A stretch of 64,000 nt of DNA from Alphaproteobacteria bacterium (GTDB lineage Bacteria; Pseudomonadota; Alphaproteobacteria; UBA828), in contig CBDCRW010000004.1 in the NCBI GenBank assembly GCA_965221125.1, forward strand, positions 768,001-832,000, written 5' to 3'. Below the pieces are notes generated by a model that worked only from the letters and a program-made list of their open reading frames with translations, had not been told where the DNA came from and ran no database searches. A program made the translations under genes and the position numbers. Positions 36,958 through 47,493 of the stretch are shown in pieces (position 1 is the stretch's first letter; every line of letters begins with the position of its first letter).

Positions 36958-37259
36958 GGGCGGGGGTCGCGGCGCCGTGGGTGCCGCTTCAGGGCCTCGC
37001 GCCTGAGGCGCGCCATGAACGGCGTGTCGTGTTCTTCGGGCACCGGCGTTCGCCCGCTGATCCAGTTCGTGATGTCGACGTCGTTCGCGCTCAGCAGTTT
37101 TTCGGCCTGCGTCACTTCCTCCGGTGGGAGCGCGTGGCCGAGCCTGGCGATGACATCGCCGACCAGGAGGTCGGTCTCCTTCGTGCCGGTGCGCGCCGAG
37201 CGGTAGCGCAGCCGCCTGCGCCTGGTTTCGATATCGAGGCCCTGGGTCACGGTCGGCAC
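36954..37259 (-). CDS. sdhE: Succinate dehydrogenase assembly factor 2 (flavinylation factor)
   Basis: RRRLRYRS..TGTKETDLL (a variant of RGxxE); directly upstream of mfd, as is usual in Alphaproteobacteria. Confidence 0.82.
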   Translation of the reverse strand: MPTVTQGLDIETRRRRLRYRSARTGTKETDLLVGDVIARLGHALPPEEVTQAEKLLSANDVDITNWISGRTPVPEEHDTPFMARLRREALKRHPRRRDPRP

Positions 37260-37281
37260 GGCCCCGGCGTTGCTGGCGCGC

Positions 37282-38475
37282 TCAGCCGGCGGCGACGGCG
37301 GCGGGGTCCCGGCCGACCAGCCGGCGGTAGATGTCGGGATCGGTGGCGCCTTCGCTGCCGATGACCAGCACGCGCGACGCCTCGCTCAGACCGAGCGCGT
37401 CGCGCGCGTCCGTGTCTCCCGCTGCGGCGATCAGCCCGCCGAGGGCAGCGGCGCCCGACTCACCCAGCACCAGCGCCGGGTCGCCCTCGGCCGGCGCGGC
37501 GGCGCGGCGCATGGCATAGACGGCGCCTGAATCGTCGAGCGCCATGAAGGCGAAGGCGCCACGCTCCAGCACCTGCCATGCCAGCGGCGATACCTCCGCC
37601 GCCGCGAGGCAGGCCATCACCGTGTCGAGATCGCCGGAGGCGGGAGCGGGCCTGCCGGCGAGCGCGCTCTGGTAGAGGCAATCGGCGCTCGTGGGCTCGA
37701 CCACCACGCCCTTCGGGCTGTCAGCGCCGAGGTCCTGACGGAAGGCGCCGATCACCGCGGCGGCGAGCCCGCCGACGCCGGCTTGCACGAAAACATGGGT
37801 CGGGCCCGGTCCCGCCAGCGCCGCCCCGATCTCGTCCACCAGCATGGCGTAGCCGTGCATGACCCGGCTCGGCGCCTCGTCGCCGCCGGCGTGCGAGGTG
37901 TCGGAGACCAGGAGCCAGCCCTTGCGTGCGGCCTCATCGGCGCAGGCTTCCACGGCTTCGTCGTAGCTGCCGGCGATGCGCACGATGTCGGCGCCTTGCG
38001 CTCTGATTGCGCGCTCGCGGCCCGCGCTCACCGGCCCCGGCAGGAACACCGTGCACCTGGCGCCGGCGCGCCGCGCCCCCCAGGCCACGGCGAGCCCGTG
38101 GTTGCCGTCGGTGGCGCAACACACGGTCATGTCGTGGATGCGGGAGGCGGCGCGGCCCGCGGCAACGTCCGCGATGGAGACGTCGTCGCCCAATCGCTCG
38201 CGCAGCAGGTGCACCACGGCATAGGCGCCGCCGAGCGCCTTGAAGCTGCCGAGGCCGAAGCGCCCGCTTTCGTCCTTGAGCCACAGGTCGCCGACGCCGA
38301 GGGCGCGGGCGAGACCCGTCAGCCGATGCAGCGGGGTGGGCCGGTAGCCCTCGAAGCCCGTGATGGCGGCGCGGGCCGCGGCGCGGCGCTCCGGCAGGAT
38401 CACCGGGCCGCCGCTGTCGCTCGCCGCTGCGGGGGCGTAGCGCGCGTTCACGTGGAGGAGGAAGGGGGCAGCCAT
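37282..38475 (-). CDS. dpaL: Diaminopropionate ammonia-lyase family PLP enzyme
   Basis: Y.PTPL, KDESGRFGLGSFKALGG, ATDGNHG, SDTS, QAGVGG, GESG and SEGATDP motifs. Confidence 0.88.
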   Translation of the reverse strand: MAAPFLLHVNARYAPAAASDSGGPVILPERRAAARAAITGFEGYRPTPLHRLTGLARALGVGDLWLKDESGRFGLGSFKALGGAYAVVHLLRERLGDDVSIADVAAGRAASRIHDMTVCCATDGNHGLAVAWGARRAGARCTVFLPGPVSAGRERAIRAQGADIVRIAGSYDEAVEACADEAARKGWLLVSDTSHAGGDEAPSRVMHGYAMLVDEIGAALAGPGPTHVFVQAGVGGLAAAVIGAFRQDLGADSPKGVVVEPTSADCLYQSALAGRPAPASGDLDTVMACLAAAEVSPLAWQVLERGAFAFMALDDSGAVYAMRRAAAPAEGDPALVLGESGAAALGGLIAAAGDTDARDALGLSEASRVLVIGSEGATDPDIYRRLVGRDPAAVAAG

Positions 38476-38496
38476 GACGGAGCTTGAACGCCGGGC

Positions 38497-39474
38497 TCAG
38501 CGCAGGTCTGCGAGCAGCGGCATGACCTGGTCCGCGAAGCGTTGCAGGTGCGCCGCCTTCTCGCTTTCCGGCGCGAGCACGTTGATCACGAGATGGCGCA
38601 TGCCGGCGGTGTGGAATGCCCGGATCGCCTCCGCCACCGCTTCCGGCTCGCCCAGCGCGCAGTAGCGCTCGGCGGCACGCGAGAAATCCATCGCGTAGCG
38701 GACGCTCAGGAACTCGGCAGCGAAAGCGAGGGCGCTCTCGCGATCCTTGTCGAGCCGCACGAACAGCAGGTGCGACGTGCCGAAGCGGTCCAAAGAGCGT
38801 CCCGATTCGGCTGCTGCGGCTGCAATGGTCTCGAGCGAGCGGCGGTAGCGCTCGGGATCGACGACGTAGGACATCCAGCCGTCGGCGATCCGGCCCGCGC
38901 GGCGAAGCGCGGGGTCGGCGCGGCCACCGCACCAGATCGGCGGGCCGCCAGGCTGTGCCGGCGGCGGAGCGATCGTGACCTCGGGGAAGGGATAGAAGCG
39001 CCCGTCATTGGACGTGGCCTCGCCGGACCACAGCTTGCGGAGCACGCGAATCCCCTCGCTGAGCCGGGCGCCGCGCTCCTCCACCGGCACGCCGCAGAGC
39101 TCGAATTCGAAAGGGAACTCGCCGCCGACGCCGACGCCGAAGATCACGCGGCCGTTGGAGATCGTATCGAGCGTCGCGACCTGCTTCGCCACCGGCGCAG
39201 GATGGCGGAGCGGCAGCAGATAGACGGCCGTGCCGATCCTGAGCCGGTCGCTCAGCGCGGCGGCCTGTGCGAGCTGCACCAGCGGATCGAGGATCGGCCC
39301 CGCGAAGGCCACGTGATCGCCGGACCAGATCGAATCGAAGCCCAGCGAGTCGAGCAGCCGGACCACTTCGGGCAGGTCGCGGCCGGCTGCCGCCCCCTCC
39401 GCATCGTCGTATCCCGTCGGCGCCAGAACGTGCTGGTAGCCGATGCTCAGTCTCGGCTCGAGGGGTAGGTCCAC
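38497..39474 (-). CDS. LLM-class flavin-dependent oxidoreductase
   Basis: GFDSIWSGDH, LPLRHP..VAKQVATLD..S.GR, GVGVGGE and PPIWCGG motifs. Confidence 0.9.
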   Translation of the reverse strand: MDLPLEPRLSIGYQHVLAPTGYDDAEGAAAGRDLPEVVRLLDSLGFDSIWSGDHVAFAGPILDPLVQLAQAAALSDRLRIGTAVYLLPLRHPAPVAKQVATLDTISNGRVIFGVGVGGEFPFEFELCGVPVEERGARLSEGIRVLRKLWSGEATSNDGRFYPFPEVTIAPPPAQPGGPPIWCGGRADPALRRAGRIADGWMSYVVDPERYRRSLETIAAAAAESGRSLDRFGTSHLLFVRLDKDRESALAFAAEFLSVRYAMDFSRAAERYCALGEPEAVAEAIRAFHTAGMRHLVINVLAPESEKAAHLQRFADQVMPLLADLR

Positions 39475-39631
39475 GGCCGGCTCCCGCGTCGATGAAAACG
39501 GCGGCGCACTCTAGAGCTTTTCCGCCCTAGACGGAAACGCTCCAGCTCTTTGTCGCTCACGGTAGCGGGCCTTCCTGCGATTCCGCGCGCCTTCCGGCGC
39601 GACAGGCCGGATTGGGCGCCGCGGACACGGA

Positions 39632-40933
39632 CTACGTGTCGTTCAGGCCGGCATAAATGGGGAAGCTCCGGCAGAGCGCCCGCACCTCGGCGCAGACGAT
39701 CGCCTCCAGCGCCTCGTCGCGCGCGCCGGACGCCGCCATGGCGTGCAGCACGTCGGCGATCCAACCGCCGATACGGCGGAACTCGGCCTCGCCGAAGCCA
39801 CGCGTGGTCCCTGCCGCCGAGCCGAAGCGCAAGCCGGAGGTTACCGTGGGCGGCTCGGTGTCGCCGGGGACGGCGTTCTTGTTGCAGGTGAGGCCGGCGG
39901 CCTCCAGGCTGTCGGATGCCGCGGCGCCGGTGAGACCGAGAGGGCGCAGGTCGGCCACCAGCAGCGGCGTGTCGGTGCCGCCGGAGACGATGGACACATT
40001 GCGCGCCATCAGCGCCCCGGCGAGCACTCTCGCGTTGGTCAGCACCTGCGCCGCATAGACCTTGAACGAGGGCTTCAGCGCCTCGCCCAGGCAGACCGCC
40101 TTCGCCGCCACGGCGTTGAGGATCACGCTGCCCTGCACGCCGGGGAAGACGGCGCTGTCGAGCTTCCGCGCGAGCGCCGGATCGTCGGTGAGAATGATGC
40201 CGCCCCGTGCGCCGCGCAGGTTCTTGTAGGTGGTTGCCGTCGTGACGTGGGCGTGGGGCAGCGGGCTCGGGTGCACGCCGCCGGCGACGAGCCCGGCGAA
40301 GTGGGCCATGTCGGCGAGCAGCAGGGCATCCACCGAATCGGCGATCGCCCAGAATGCGGCGAAGTCGATGGCGCGCGGGTAGGCCGAGCCGCCGCAGATG
40401 ATGAGCTTGGGCCGGTGTGCGCGCGCGAGGCGCTCGACCTCGTCCATGTCGATGAAGCCGTCGGCGCCGATGCCGTAGCGGACCGGGTTGAACCACTTGC
40501 CGGTGAGATTCGGCGCCGCCCCGTGGCTCAAATGGCCGCCGGCATCCAGCGCCATGCTGAGCACCGTGTCGCCCGGCTTGAGCACCGCGAGGAAGACCGC
40601 CTGGTTGGCCTGGCTGCCGGAATGGGGCTGCACGTTGGCGAAGCCGCAGCCGAAGAGCGCCTTGGCCCGCTCGATGGCGAGGGTCTCGATCCGATCGGCG
40701 AACTCGGCGCCGCCGTAGTAGCGCCCGCCGGGCCGGCCCTCCACGGTCTTGTTGACGATGATGGAGCCGAGCGCCTCCAGGCTCGCCTGGCTGACCAGGT
40801 TCTCCGACGCGATCAGCTCGATCCCGTCCTGCTGGCGCTCCAGTTCGCCCGCAAGCGCCTCGTAGACCTCGGGATCGGTCGCTCTCAGGTTGTCGAGAAA
40901 ATAGCCCGGCTCCAAAGCCCGAGACTCGCTCAT
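39632..40933 (-). CDS. glyA: Serine hydroxymethyltransferase-family enzyme (divergent active site)
   Basis: [29 protein letters not shown] and SGLRFG are conserved, but NKTVEG and TTYKNLRG replace the canonical NKYAEG and TTHKTLRG. Confidence 0.85.
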   Translation of the reverse strand: MSESRALEPGYFLDNLRATDPEVYEALAGELERQQDGIELIASENLVSQASLEALGSIIVNKTVEGRPGGRYYGGAEFADRIETLAIERAKALFGCGFANVQPHSGSQANQAVFLAVLKPGDTVLSMALDAGGHLSHGAAPNLTGKWFNPVRYGIGADGFIDMDEVERLARAHRPKLIICGGSAYPRAIDFAAFWAIADSVDALLLADMAHFAGLVAGGVHPSPLPHAHVTTATTYKNLRGARGGIILTDDPALARKLDSAVFPGVQGSVILNAVAAKAVCLGEALKPSFKVYAAQVLTNARVLAGALMARNVSIVSGGTDTPLLVADLRPLGLTGAAASDSLEAAGLTCNKNAVPGDTEPPTVTSGLRFGSAAGTTRGFGEAEFRRIGGWIADVLHAMAASGARDEALEAIVCAEVRALCRSFPIYAGLNDT

Positions 40934-40940
40934 GGGCCGG

Positions 40941-41723
40941 TCACGCGCCCGGCGCGAGCAGGCAATCGTCGGCGAGTGCTGCCACCGGCGTGAAGTCCGT
41001 GTGGTGTTTGTATTCGGGCCGGGCGAACGCGGTCTGGGCGTTGGCGACCGGGTTGAGGATGAGGGAGAAGATGGCGCGATCCCAGGGCGACATGTTGCCC
41101 GGCGAGCCGTGGACCATCAGGTCGCCGAAGATGAGCGCGGTGCCGGGCGGGCCGATCGCTGGCGTGATGCCGCCGTCTGCGATAAGGCCGCCGACCGTCT
41201 CGCGGTCGACCACCCAGAGCGGGTAGCTCGTGCTCGTCACGTCGTGGAACGTGGGCAGCGGCTCGTGCCGGTGGGAGCCGGGGATGAAATAGAGCGGCCC
41301 GTTGTAGTGGCTCACCTCGTCCAGCAGGATGTGCAGGTTGAGCGCCTGCGGCGCCGGCACGCCGTCGTCCCTGTGGTGGGTGGCGAAGTCGTAGTGCCAC
41401 TGCCAGACATCGCCTTCGAACGCGGCCTTCACGTTGACCTTGACCTGCTGGATGTAGAGATCGTCGCCCGCGATCTGCCGCGCCGGCTCGACCAGGCGCG
41501 GGTGGCGCACCAGGCGGTCGAAGAGTTCGCTCCGCTGGTGGAGGCCCATGACGGTGCGGGCCACCGCGCCCGTCTTCTCGCGAATGTTGGCCTCGCACTC
41601 CTCGTCGAAGAGCGGCGCCAGCGCAGCGCGAATCGCCGCCACCTCGTCAGCGGAGAACAGGCCGGGGAGGATCAGAAGGCCGTCTCGGCGGAAGGTCTCA
41701 AGCTGCGCGCCGCTCAGCTTCAA
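40941..41723 (-). CDS. Fe(II)/2-oxoglutarate dioxygenase, PhyH/EctD/proline hydroxylase-like
   Basis: [34 protein letters not shown] and VHGS..N.SPWDR motifs. Confidence 0.85.
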   Translation of the reverse strand: MKLSGAQLETFRRDGLLILPGLFSADEVAAIRAALAPLFDEECEANIREKTGAVARTVMGLHQRSELFDRLVRHPRLVEPARQIAGDDLYIQQVKVNVKAAFEGDVWQWHYDFATHHRDDGVPAPQALNLHILLDEVSHYNGPLYFIPGSHRHEPLPTFHDVTSTSYPLWVVDRETVGGLIADGGITPAIGPPGTALIFGDLMVHGSPGNMSPWDRAIFSLILNPVANAQTAFARPEYKHHTDFTPVAALADDCLLAPGA

Positions 41724-41826
41724 CGAACGGGTCTCGCCTGTCGCTCGCGTGTTGCGAAATGCCGGGGCTGCGCCCTCCCGCCACGGGGAGGGAGGGCGCC
41801 CGCCCCTGATGCAGTAACCGGCCGGC

Positions 41827-43125
41827 CTACTCGGCGGCAGCGGGCGTTGCGCTGCGCCGGCGCTTGGCCAGCGCGATCTCGTTCGGCGCGCGGTGATAGG
41901 CGCCGTCCTTCATGATCATCAGCAAGTTGTCCGCATCCTGCATGATCGAGACGTCCTTCGTCGGGTCGCCGTCGACCAGCAGCAGGTCGGCCAGATATCC
42001 CTCCTTGACCTGGCCCACGTTGAGGCCCATCAGCTCCCCGCCCCACTTGGTGGCGCCGATGAGCGCCTCGGCCGGCGAGTAGCCGAACGCGTTCACGAAG
42101 TGCTCCAGGTCGCGGGCGTTGGTGCCGATCGGATTCCAGGCGAAGCCGTAGTCGCCGCCCGGCATGGCGCGGATGCCGCGCTTGCGCACCTCCTGATAGG
42201 TGCGGACCGTGTGCTCCATCTTGTAGAAGAGGTTGTAGCTCTCGGCGACCTCGCGGGTGATGCCCCACTCCGAAGCCTCGTACGCGGTGGTGTAGACCAC
42301 GCCGAACGCCGGCGCCATGAAGATGTCCTTCTTCTTGGCCTCCAGCATGTCGATGGTCTTATTGGTCGCGTAGTCCGCGTGGTAGATGATGTTGATGCCG
42401 TGCTTGAGCGCGAGCCGCACCGCCTTGTCGGCCCTCGCGTGGGTGAGAATGTTGACGCCCGCCTCGCGCGCGACCTCGACCGCTGCAGCGACCTCGGCAT
42501 CGAAGTAGGTGATCCTCTCGGACTGGCCGGGGTGGGCGAACTCGTCGCCGGAGATGTTGATCTTCAGGTTGTCCACGCCTTCCCGCACGCACATGCGGCA
42601 GGCCTTGCGCACCTCGTCCGCCCCGTCGGCGATGTAGCCCACCGATTCCTGGTGCATGTGCCACATGCGCTCGTCGCCGAGCCCGCCTGAGGAGACGATC
42701 TCGGGCGAGGCGGCCTTGATGCGCGGGCCCGGATAGCGCCCGGCGTTGATCACGTCGCGCAGCACCGGCTCGATGCGGAGCTTGTTGTAGCCGACGCCGG
42801 CTGCCGAGAAGAGGCTCGTGAAGCCCTGGTCGAGCATCTTCTTCGCGTTCTCGAGCGCGAGCACCATGTGCTCCTCGGGCTGGAGCCGCCCGATCTCCGG
42901 CAAGCTGGTGCAGTCCGTGTAGCAGACGTGGGAGTGGGGCTCGATCATCCCCGGCATCAGCGTTGCGCCGGCGCCGTCCACCACGTTCGCGCCGTTGGCC
43001 CTGATCTTGCCCTTGCCCTTGGCGACCTTCTTGATGAGGTTGCCTTGCAGCTTCACCTCGCCCGCATAGGGGCGCTTGGCGTTGCCGTCGAAAATCCTGA
43101 CATTCGTGAAGAGCGTCTCTGCCAT
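41827..43125 (-). CDS. Metal-dependent amidohydrolase (Xaa-Pro dipeptidase-like)
   Basis: LMPGMIEPHSH, GVDNLKI, THA, GGD and GYLADLLLVDGDP motifs. GGAGG RBS before MAETL. Confidence 0.87.
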   Translation of the reverse strand: MAETLFTNVRIFDGNAKRPYAGEVKLQGNLIKKVAKGKGKIRANGANVVDGAGATLMPGMIEPHSHVCYTDCTSLPEIGRLQPEEHMVLALENAKKMLDQGFTSLFSAAGVGYNKLRIEPVLRDVINAGRYPGPRIKAASPEIVSSGGLGDERMWHMHQESVGYIADGADEVRKACRMCVREGVDNLKINISGDEFAHPGQSERITYFDAEVAAAVEVAREAGVNILTHARADKAVRLALKHGINIIYHADYATNKTIDMLEAKKKDIFMAPAFGVVYTTAYEASEWGITREVAESYNLFYKMEHTVRTYQEVRKRGIRAMPGGDYGFAWNPIGTNARDLEHFVNAFGYSPAEALIGATKWGGELMGLNVGQVKEGYLADLLLVDGDPTKDVSIMQDADNLLMIMKDGAYHRAPNEIALAKRRRSATPAAAE

Positions 43126-43354
43126 CGTTTCAGCCTCCGCCTCTGGCATGCGCCATTGCGGTCTGTAGGCCCATGCCGCAGGAATCCCTTCGTCGCGCCG
43201 CTTCGGGCGGCGCCCGCCGCTGCGCCAAGCTTAGGCGCCTGCCCCGGCGCTCGCAATCGCTAACCCGCGCTGGCAGCCGATTTCGCGCGGCCGCGCTGTA
43301 CATCGCAGCATGGCCGGTCTATGACCCGCAGGCCACCGGCGGGAAGGGAGACCC

Positions 43355-44077
43355 ATGATCGATCTGCACTACTGGCCGACGCCCAACGGCAAGAAGGTGA
43401 CCATCCTGCTGGAGGAATGCGGGATGCCCTATCGCCTCGTCCCCTGCCACATCGGGAAGGGCGATCAGTTCGAGGACGCGTTCCTCGCGATCAGCCCCAA
43501 CAACCGCATGCCGGCGCTGGTGGACCACGACCCGCCCGGCGGCGGCGCGCCGGTCAGCGTCTTCGAATCGGGCGCGATGATGATGTACGTCGCCGAGAAG
43601 GCCGGGCGCTTCTATCCGCAGGACCTGCGCGGGCGCTACGAGGTCAACCAGTGGGTCATGTGGCAGATGGCGAACCAGGGGCCCAAGTTCGGCGAGCGCG
43701 GCCACTTCAACCGGCTCGGCGACGACGAGGGCGACCAGAGCTACGCGCTGACCCGCTTCAGCAACGAGGTCAACCGGCTCTACGGCGTGATGAACAACCG
43801 GCTCTACGACCGGCCTTACCTCGCCGGCGACGACTACACGATCGCCGACATGATCTCCTACCCGTGGACCGTGTACTGGGAGGCGCAGGGGCAAGACCTG
43901 GACGACTTCAAGTATTTTAGGCGCTGGTACGAGGAGCTGTCGGCAAGGCCGGCGGTGCAGCGCGGCATGGAGGCCGGCGCCGACCTGCCCGAAGACCCCG
44001 ACACGATCCCGGAGGAAGAGAAGCAGCGCCGCCACGCCCTGCTCTACAACCAGCGGGCGCGGCCTGCGCCGGGCTGA
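43355..44077 (+). CDS. Glutathione S-transferase, YfcG/YghU-like
   Basis: TPNGKK, ISPNNRMPAL, FESGA and YTIADM..PW motifs. Confidence 0.9.
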   Translation: MIDLHYWPTPNGKKVTILLEECGMPYRLVPCHIGKGDQFEDAFLAISPNNRMPALVDHDPPGGGAPVSVFESGAMMMYVAEKAGRFYPQDLRGRYEVNQWVMWQMANQGPKFGERGHFNRLGDDEGDQSYALTRFSNEVNRLYGVMNNRLYDRPYLAGDDYTIADMISYPWTVYWEAQGQDLDDFKYFRRWYEELSARPAVQRGMEAGADLPEDPDTIPEEEKQRRHALLYNQRARPAPG

Positions 44078-44092
44078 TCGTCCGCGCGCCCG

Positions 44093-45124
44093 TCAGGTGA
44101 CGGGCTTCCAGTCGCCGGCCGGCTTGAGCTTCCTGGCCTCGGGGATCACCTCGGCGCCGAAGCGCTCGATCTGATCGAGCTGCTCGGAAAGATCGCCCGA
44201 CGGGCATTCCAGCATGCACACCACCATCGAGTAGCCGGCGTCTGCGAAGCGCGCGAGGTCCTCCAGGATCTGCTCGCCGGTGCCGGTGCAGGTGCGGCGG
44301 TCCGTTGCCTGCGCGGCCGCATCGCCCGCGTCGGTAATGCGCGCCGACGCGGCGCAGTGCATCAGGAAGTCGGAGGGACTGCGGCCCTGCGCCTCCAGCT
44401 CTCGCTTCACTTCGTCCTGGAGGTGGGCGAAGCGGCCGGGCTCGACATGGGAATCGAGGAACAGCGGATAGAGCCCGTTGCAGAAGCGCGCCGCGCGCCG
44501 CGCACCCCGGATCGTGTTGCCGCCGAAGACGATGGGCGGGTGCGGGTCCTGCTGCACCGGCTTCGGATCCTGCGAGACGTTCCTGAAGCTGTAGTAGTTG
44601 CCCTCGAAGGTGGCGAGGTCGCCGGTCCACGAGGCCTTGTAGATCTGGATGCACTCCTCGGTGCGCCGGTTGCGCTCCTCGTAGTCGATGCCGACGGCGT
44701 CGAACTCCTCGACCATCCAGCCGACGCCGACGCCCAGCATGAGCCGGCCGCCGGACAGGTGATCCACGGTCATGAACTGGCGCGCGTCCGAGAGCGGATG
44801 CCGGTAGGGCGCAATGAGCACGCTGGTGCCGAGCTTCAGCGTCGTGGTCCGGGTCGCGACGGCGCCCATGACGACGGCGCCGTCCAGCATGTTGTGGCGG
44901 CGCTGGTAGGCGCGCTGGCCGGACTGGTTGGCCGTGTGGAAGCTCTCGGAATCGAAGGGCATGCAGACATGGTCGGGATACCAGATCGAGTGAATGCCCG
45001 CGCGCTCGGCGGTGAGCGCCACCCGGATCGGGTCCATCTCCTCCACCGGCGTGTGGTGGAGGAACATGTTCACATCGTCGCGATAGGATTGACCGTGGGT
45101 GTTCCCGTAAAGCCCGACTTCCAT
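44093..45124 (-). CDS. LLM-class flavin/F420-dependent oxidoreductase
   Basis: SIWYPDHV, LGTSVLIAPYRHP, SGGRLMLGVGVGW..EF and PKPVQ..HPPI motifs. Confidence 0.88.
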   Translation of the reverse strand: MEVGLYGNTHGQSYRDDVNMFLHHTPVEEMDPIRVALTAERAGIHSIWYPDHVCMPFDSESFHTANQSGQRAYQRRHNMLDGAVVMGAVATRTTTLKLGTSVLIAPYRHPLSDARQFMTVDHLSGGRLMLGVGVGWMVEEFDAVGIDYEERNRRTEECIQIYKASWTGDLATFEGNYYSFRNVSQDPKPVQQDPHPPIVFGGNTIRGARRAARFCNGLYPLFLDSHVEPGRFAHLQDEVKRELEAQGRSPSDFLMHCAASARITDAGDAAAQATDRRTCTGTGEQILEDLARFADAGYSMVVCMLECPSGDLSEQLDQIERFGAEVIPEARKLKPAGDWKPVT

Positions 45125-45252
45125 GATGCTGCCCCTTTCGTTCGCCCGTTCTTCGGCGCGGCGGGATTATGCCGCCGGGACCGCCTGCCTGGAAGCATCG
45201 CCGGGCGCGGGGTAGCCTCGCGACGCCAAGCGATCACGGAAGGATAGCGACG

Positions 45253-46713
45253 ATGCGGGTCTTCATCGCCTGTCTCGGGACCGAGACCAACACCTTCTCG
45301 TCGTTGCCGACGGGGGAGCAGACCTATCGGGACACGGCCGTCTTCGACGGCGATGCGACCCGCCACGAGCCCTCGCCCTTCAGCCTGCCGCTGCACGTCT
45401 GGCGCAGGCGCGCCGAGGAGCGGGAGCACGAGGTCGTCGAAGGCTTCTGCGCCTTCGCCCAGCCGGCGGGGCGGACGATCCGCCGCGTCTACGAGGGCTA
45501 TCGCGACCGCATCCTCGCGGAGGCCAGGGCCGCGCTGCCGCTCGACCTCGTGCTCGTCAACATGCACGGCGCCATGGTGGCGGAGGGCTACGACGACTGC
45601 GAGGGCGACCTGCTGGCGCGGCTGCGCGAGATCGTCGGCCCCGACACGGTGATGGGCGGCGAGCTCGACCTCCACTGCCACATCACGCCGCTGATGCTGG
45701 AGGCCGCGACGGCGCTCATCACCTACAAGGAGTATCCCCACATCGACATCGCAGACCGGGCGGAGGACCTGTTCCGGCTCTGCCACGACGCGGCGCTCGG
45801 GCTGACTGCGCCGGTCATGGCCGCCCATGACTGCCGCATGATCAGCATGTGGCGCACCACGAGCGACGAGATGAAGGCCTTCGTCGCCGACATGAAGGCG
45901 CACGAGGGGCGGGACGGCATCCTCGCGGTCTCCTTCGGTCACGGCTTCCCCTGGGGCGACGTGGCGGAGGTGGGGGCCAAGACGCTGGTGGTGGCCGACG
46001 GCGACGCCGGCAAGGCGGCTGCGCTCGCCGCCGACCTCGGCGCCCGGCTCTGGGCGATGCGCGAAGAAACCCGGCCCACCGCAGTGGCTATCGACGAGGC
46101 GCTGGACCGCGCGCTGGCCGCGGACGCCGGGCCGGTGGTGCTGGCGGACGTCTCGGACAACGCGGGCGGCGGCGCGCCGAGCGACTCCACCTTCATCCTG
46201 GAACGCCTGATCGCGCGCGGGATCGGCGATGTCGCGAGCGGACTCTACTGGGATCCGGTGGCCGTGCGGTTCTGCATGGAGGCGGGGGAGGGGGCCCGGC
46301 TCAAGCTGCGCATCGGCGGCAAGTGCGGCCCGGATTCAGGCGATCCGGTGGACCTCGCCGTCACCGTCGAGCGCATCGTCACCGGCGCCGCACAAACCTT
46401 CGGCTCGGCCCGCAACAGGATGGGCGATGCGGTGTGGGTGCGGGCGGACGGCGGCCTCGACCTCGTGCTCAACACCGTGCGCACGCAGGTCTTCCACCCG
46501 GACGCGTTCACCGCCGTGGGGCTCGATTCCCAGACCAAGAAGATCGTCGTGGTGAAGTCGACCCAGCATTTCCACGCGGGCTTCGCGCCCATCGCGTCAG
46601 AAATTCTCTACGTCGCCGCACCGGGGGCGATCGCGCCCGACTTCGCGGCGATCCCCTACACCAAGCTCGCGAAGCCCTACTGGCCCCGCGTGGAAGACCC
46701 GTGGGCGGCATAG
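45253..46713 (+). CDS. M81 family metallopeptidase (MlrC-like)
   Basis: ETNTFS, HGAMV, ELDLHCH, KEYPHID, DNAGGG and VVKSTQHF motifs. Confidence 0.9.
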   Translation: MRVFIACLGTETNTFSSLPTGEQTYRDTAVFDGDATRHEPSPFSLPLHVWRRRAEEREHEVVEGFCAFAQPAGRTIRRVYEGYRDRILAEARAALPLDLVLVNMHGAMVAEGYDDCEGDLLARLREIVGPDTVMGGELDLHCHITPLMLEAATALITYKEYPHIDIADRAEDLFRLCHDAALGLTAPVMAAHDCRMISMWRTTSDEMKAFVADMKAHEGRDGILAVSFGHGFPWGDVAEVGAKTLVVADGDAGKAAALAADLGARLWAMREETRPTAVAIDEALDRALAADAGPVVLADVSDNAGGGAPSDSTFILERLIARGIGDVASGLYWDPVAVRFCMEAGEGARLKLRIGGKCGPDSGDPVDLAVTVERIVTGAAQTFGSARNRMGDAVWVRADGGLDLVLNTVRTQVFHPDAFTAVGLDSQTKKIVVVKSTQHFHAGFAPIASEILYVAAPGAIAPDFAAIPYTKLAKPYWPRVEDPWAA

Positions 46714-46723
46714 GGAGGGGAAA

Positions 46724-47479
46724 TCAGTGGAAGTAGGCGCCGCCGTCGACGACGAGGGTTTGCCCGGTGATGAAGGCGGAGTCCTGCGAGGCGAAGAAGA
46801 CCACCGCGCCCACGATGTCGTCCGGGTGCTGATCGCGCTGGAGCACGCGCGCCTGCCGTGAGATGTCCTGCAGCTTCTCGAGCTGGTGGGGATTGTCCAG
46901 CACGCCGTCGGACAGGGTGAACCCCGGCGCCACGGCGTTGACCCGTATGTCGGCGGCGCCGAGCTCCTTCGCGAGCGCCTTGGTCATCGCATTGACGGCG
47001 CCCTTGCTCGCCACGTAGTGCAGCATGAAGGGAACGCCCTTGAACGGCGTCCCCGACGAGACGTTGACAATGGAGCCGCCGCCCTGCCTGCGCATGGCAG
47101 GTGCGACCGCGCGGGCCGCCATCGCCTGCCCGATGACGTTCACGTCGAGCACGCGCCGCCACTCCTCGACGCTCAAGTCCTCGAAGGGCGTCATCTTCAG
47201 CGTGGAGTAGATCCCGGCGTTGTTGACCAGCACGTCGATGCGGCCGAAGGCCTCCAGCGCGGCGTTCGCCATGGCCTCGGTGTCGCTCCGGCTCGACACG
47301 TCGCAGGGGACGCCGATGACGTTTCTGCGCGCATTGTCGAGCGCCGTCACGGCTTCCTCGGCGCCGTCGCGGTCGGCGATGACCACCTTCGCCCCTTCGG
47401 CGAGCAGAGCTTGCACGATCGCGCGTCCGATCCCCATCGCGCCCCCGGTGACGATCACGACCTGTCCGCTGCACCGCAT
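46724..47479 (-). CDS. SDR family oxidoreductase
   Basis: TGGAMGIG, VNNAG, YVASKG, NAVAPG and VDGG motifs. Confidence 0.9.
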   Translation of the reverse strand: MRCSGQVVIVTGGAMGIGRAIVQALLAEGAKVVIADRDGAEEAVTALDNARRNVIGVPCDVSSRSDTEAMANAALEAFGRIDVLVNNAGIYSTLKMTPFEDLSVEEWRRVLDVNVIGQAMAARAVAPAMRRQGGGSIVNVSSGTPFKGVPFMLHYVASKGAVNAMTKALAKELGAADIRVNAVAPGFTLSDGVLDNPHQLEKLQDISRQARVLQRDQHPDDIVGAVVFFASQDSAFITGQTLVVDGGAYFH

Positions 47480-47493
47480 GTCCGCTGTTCCTT

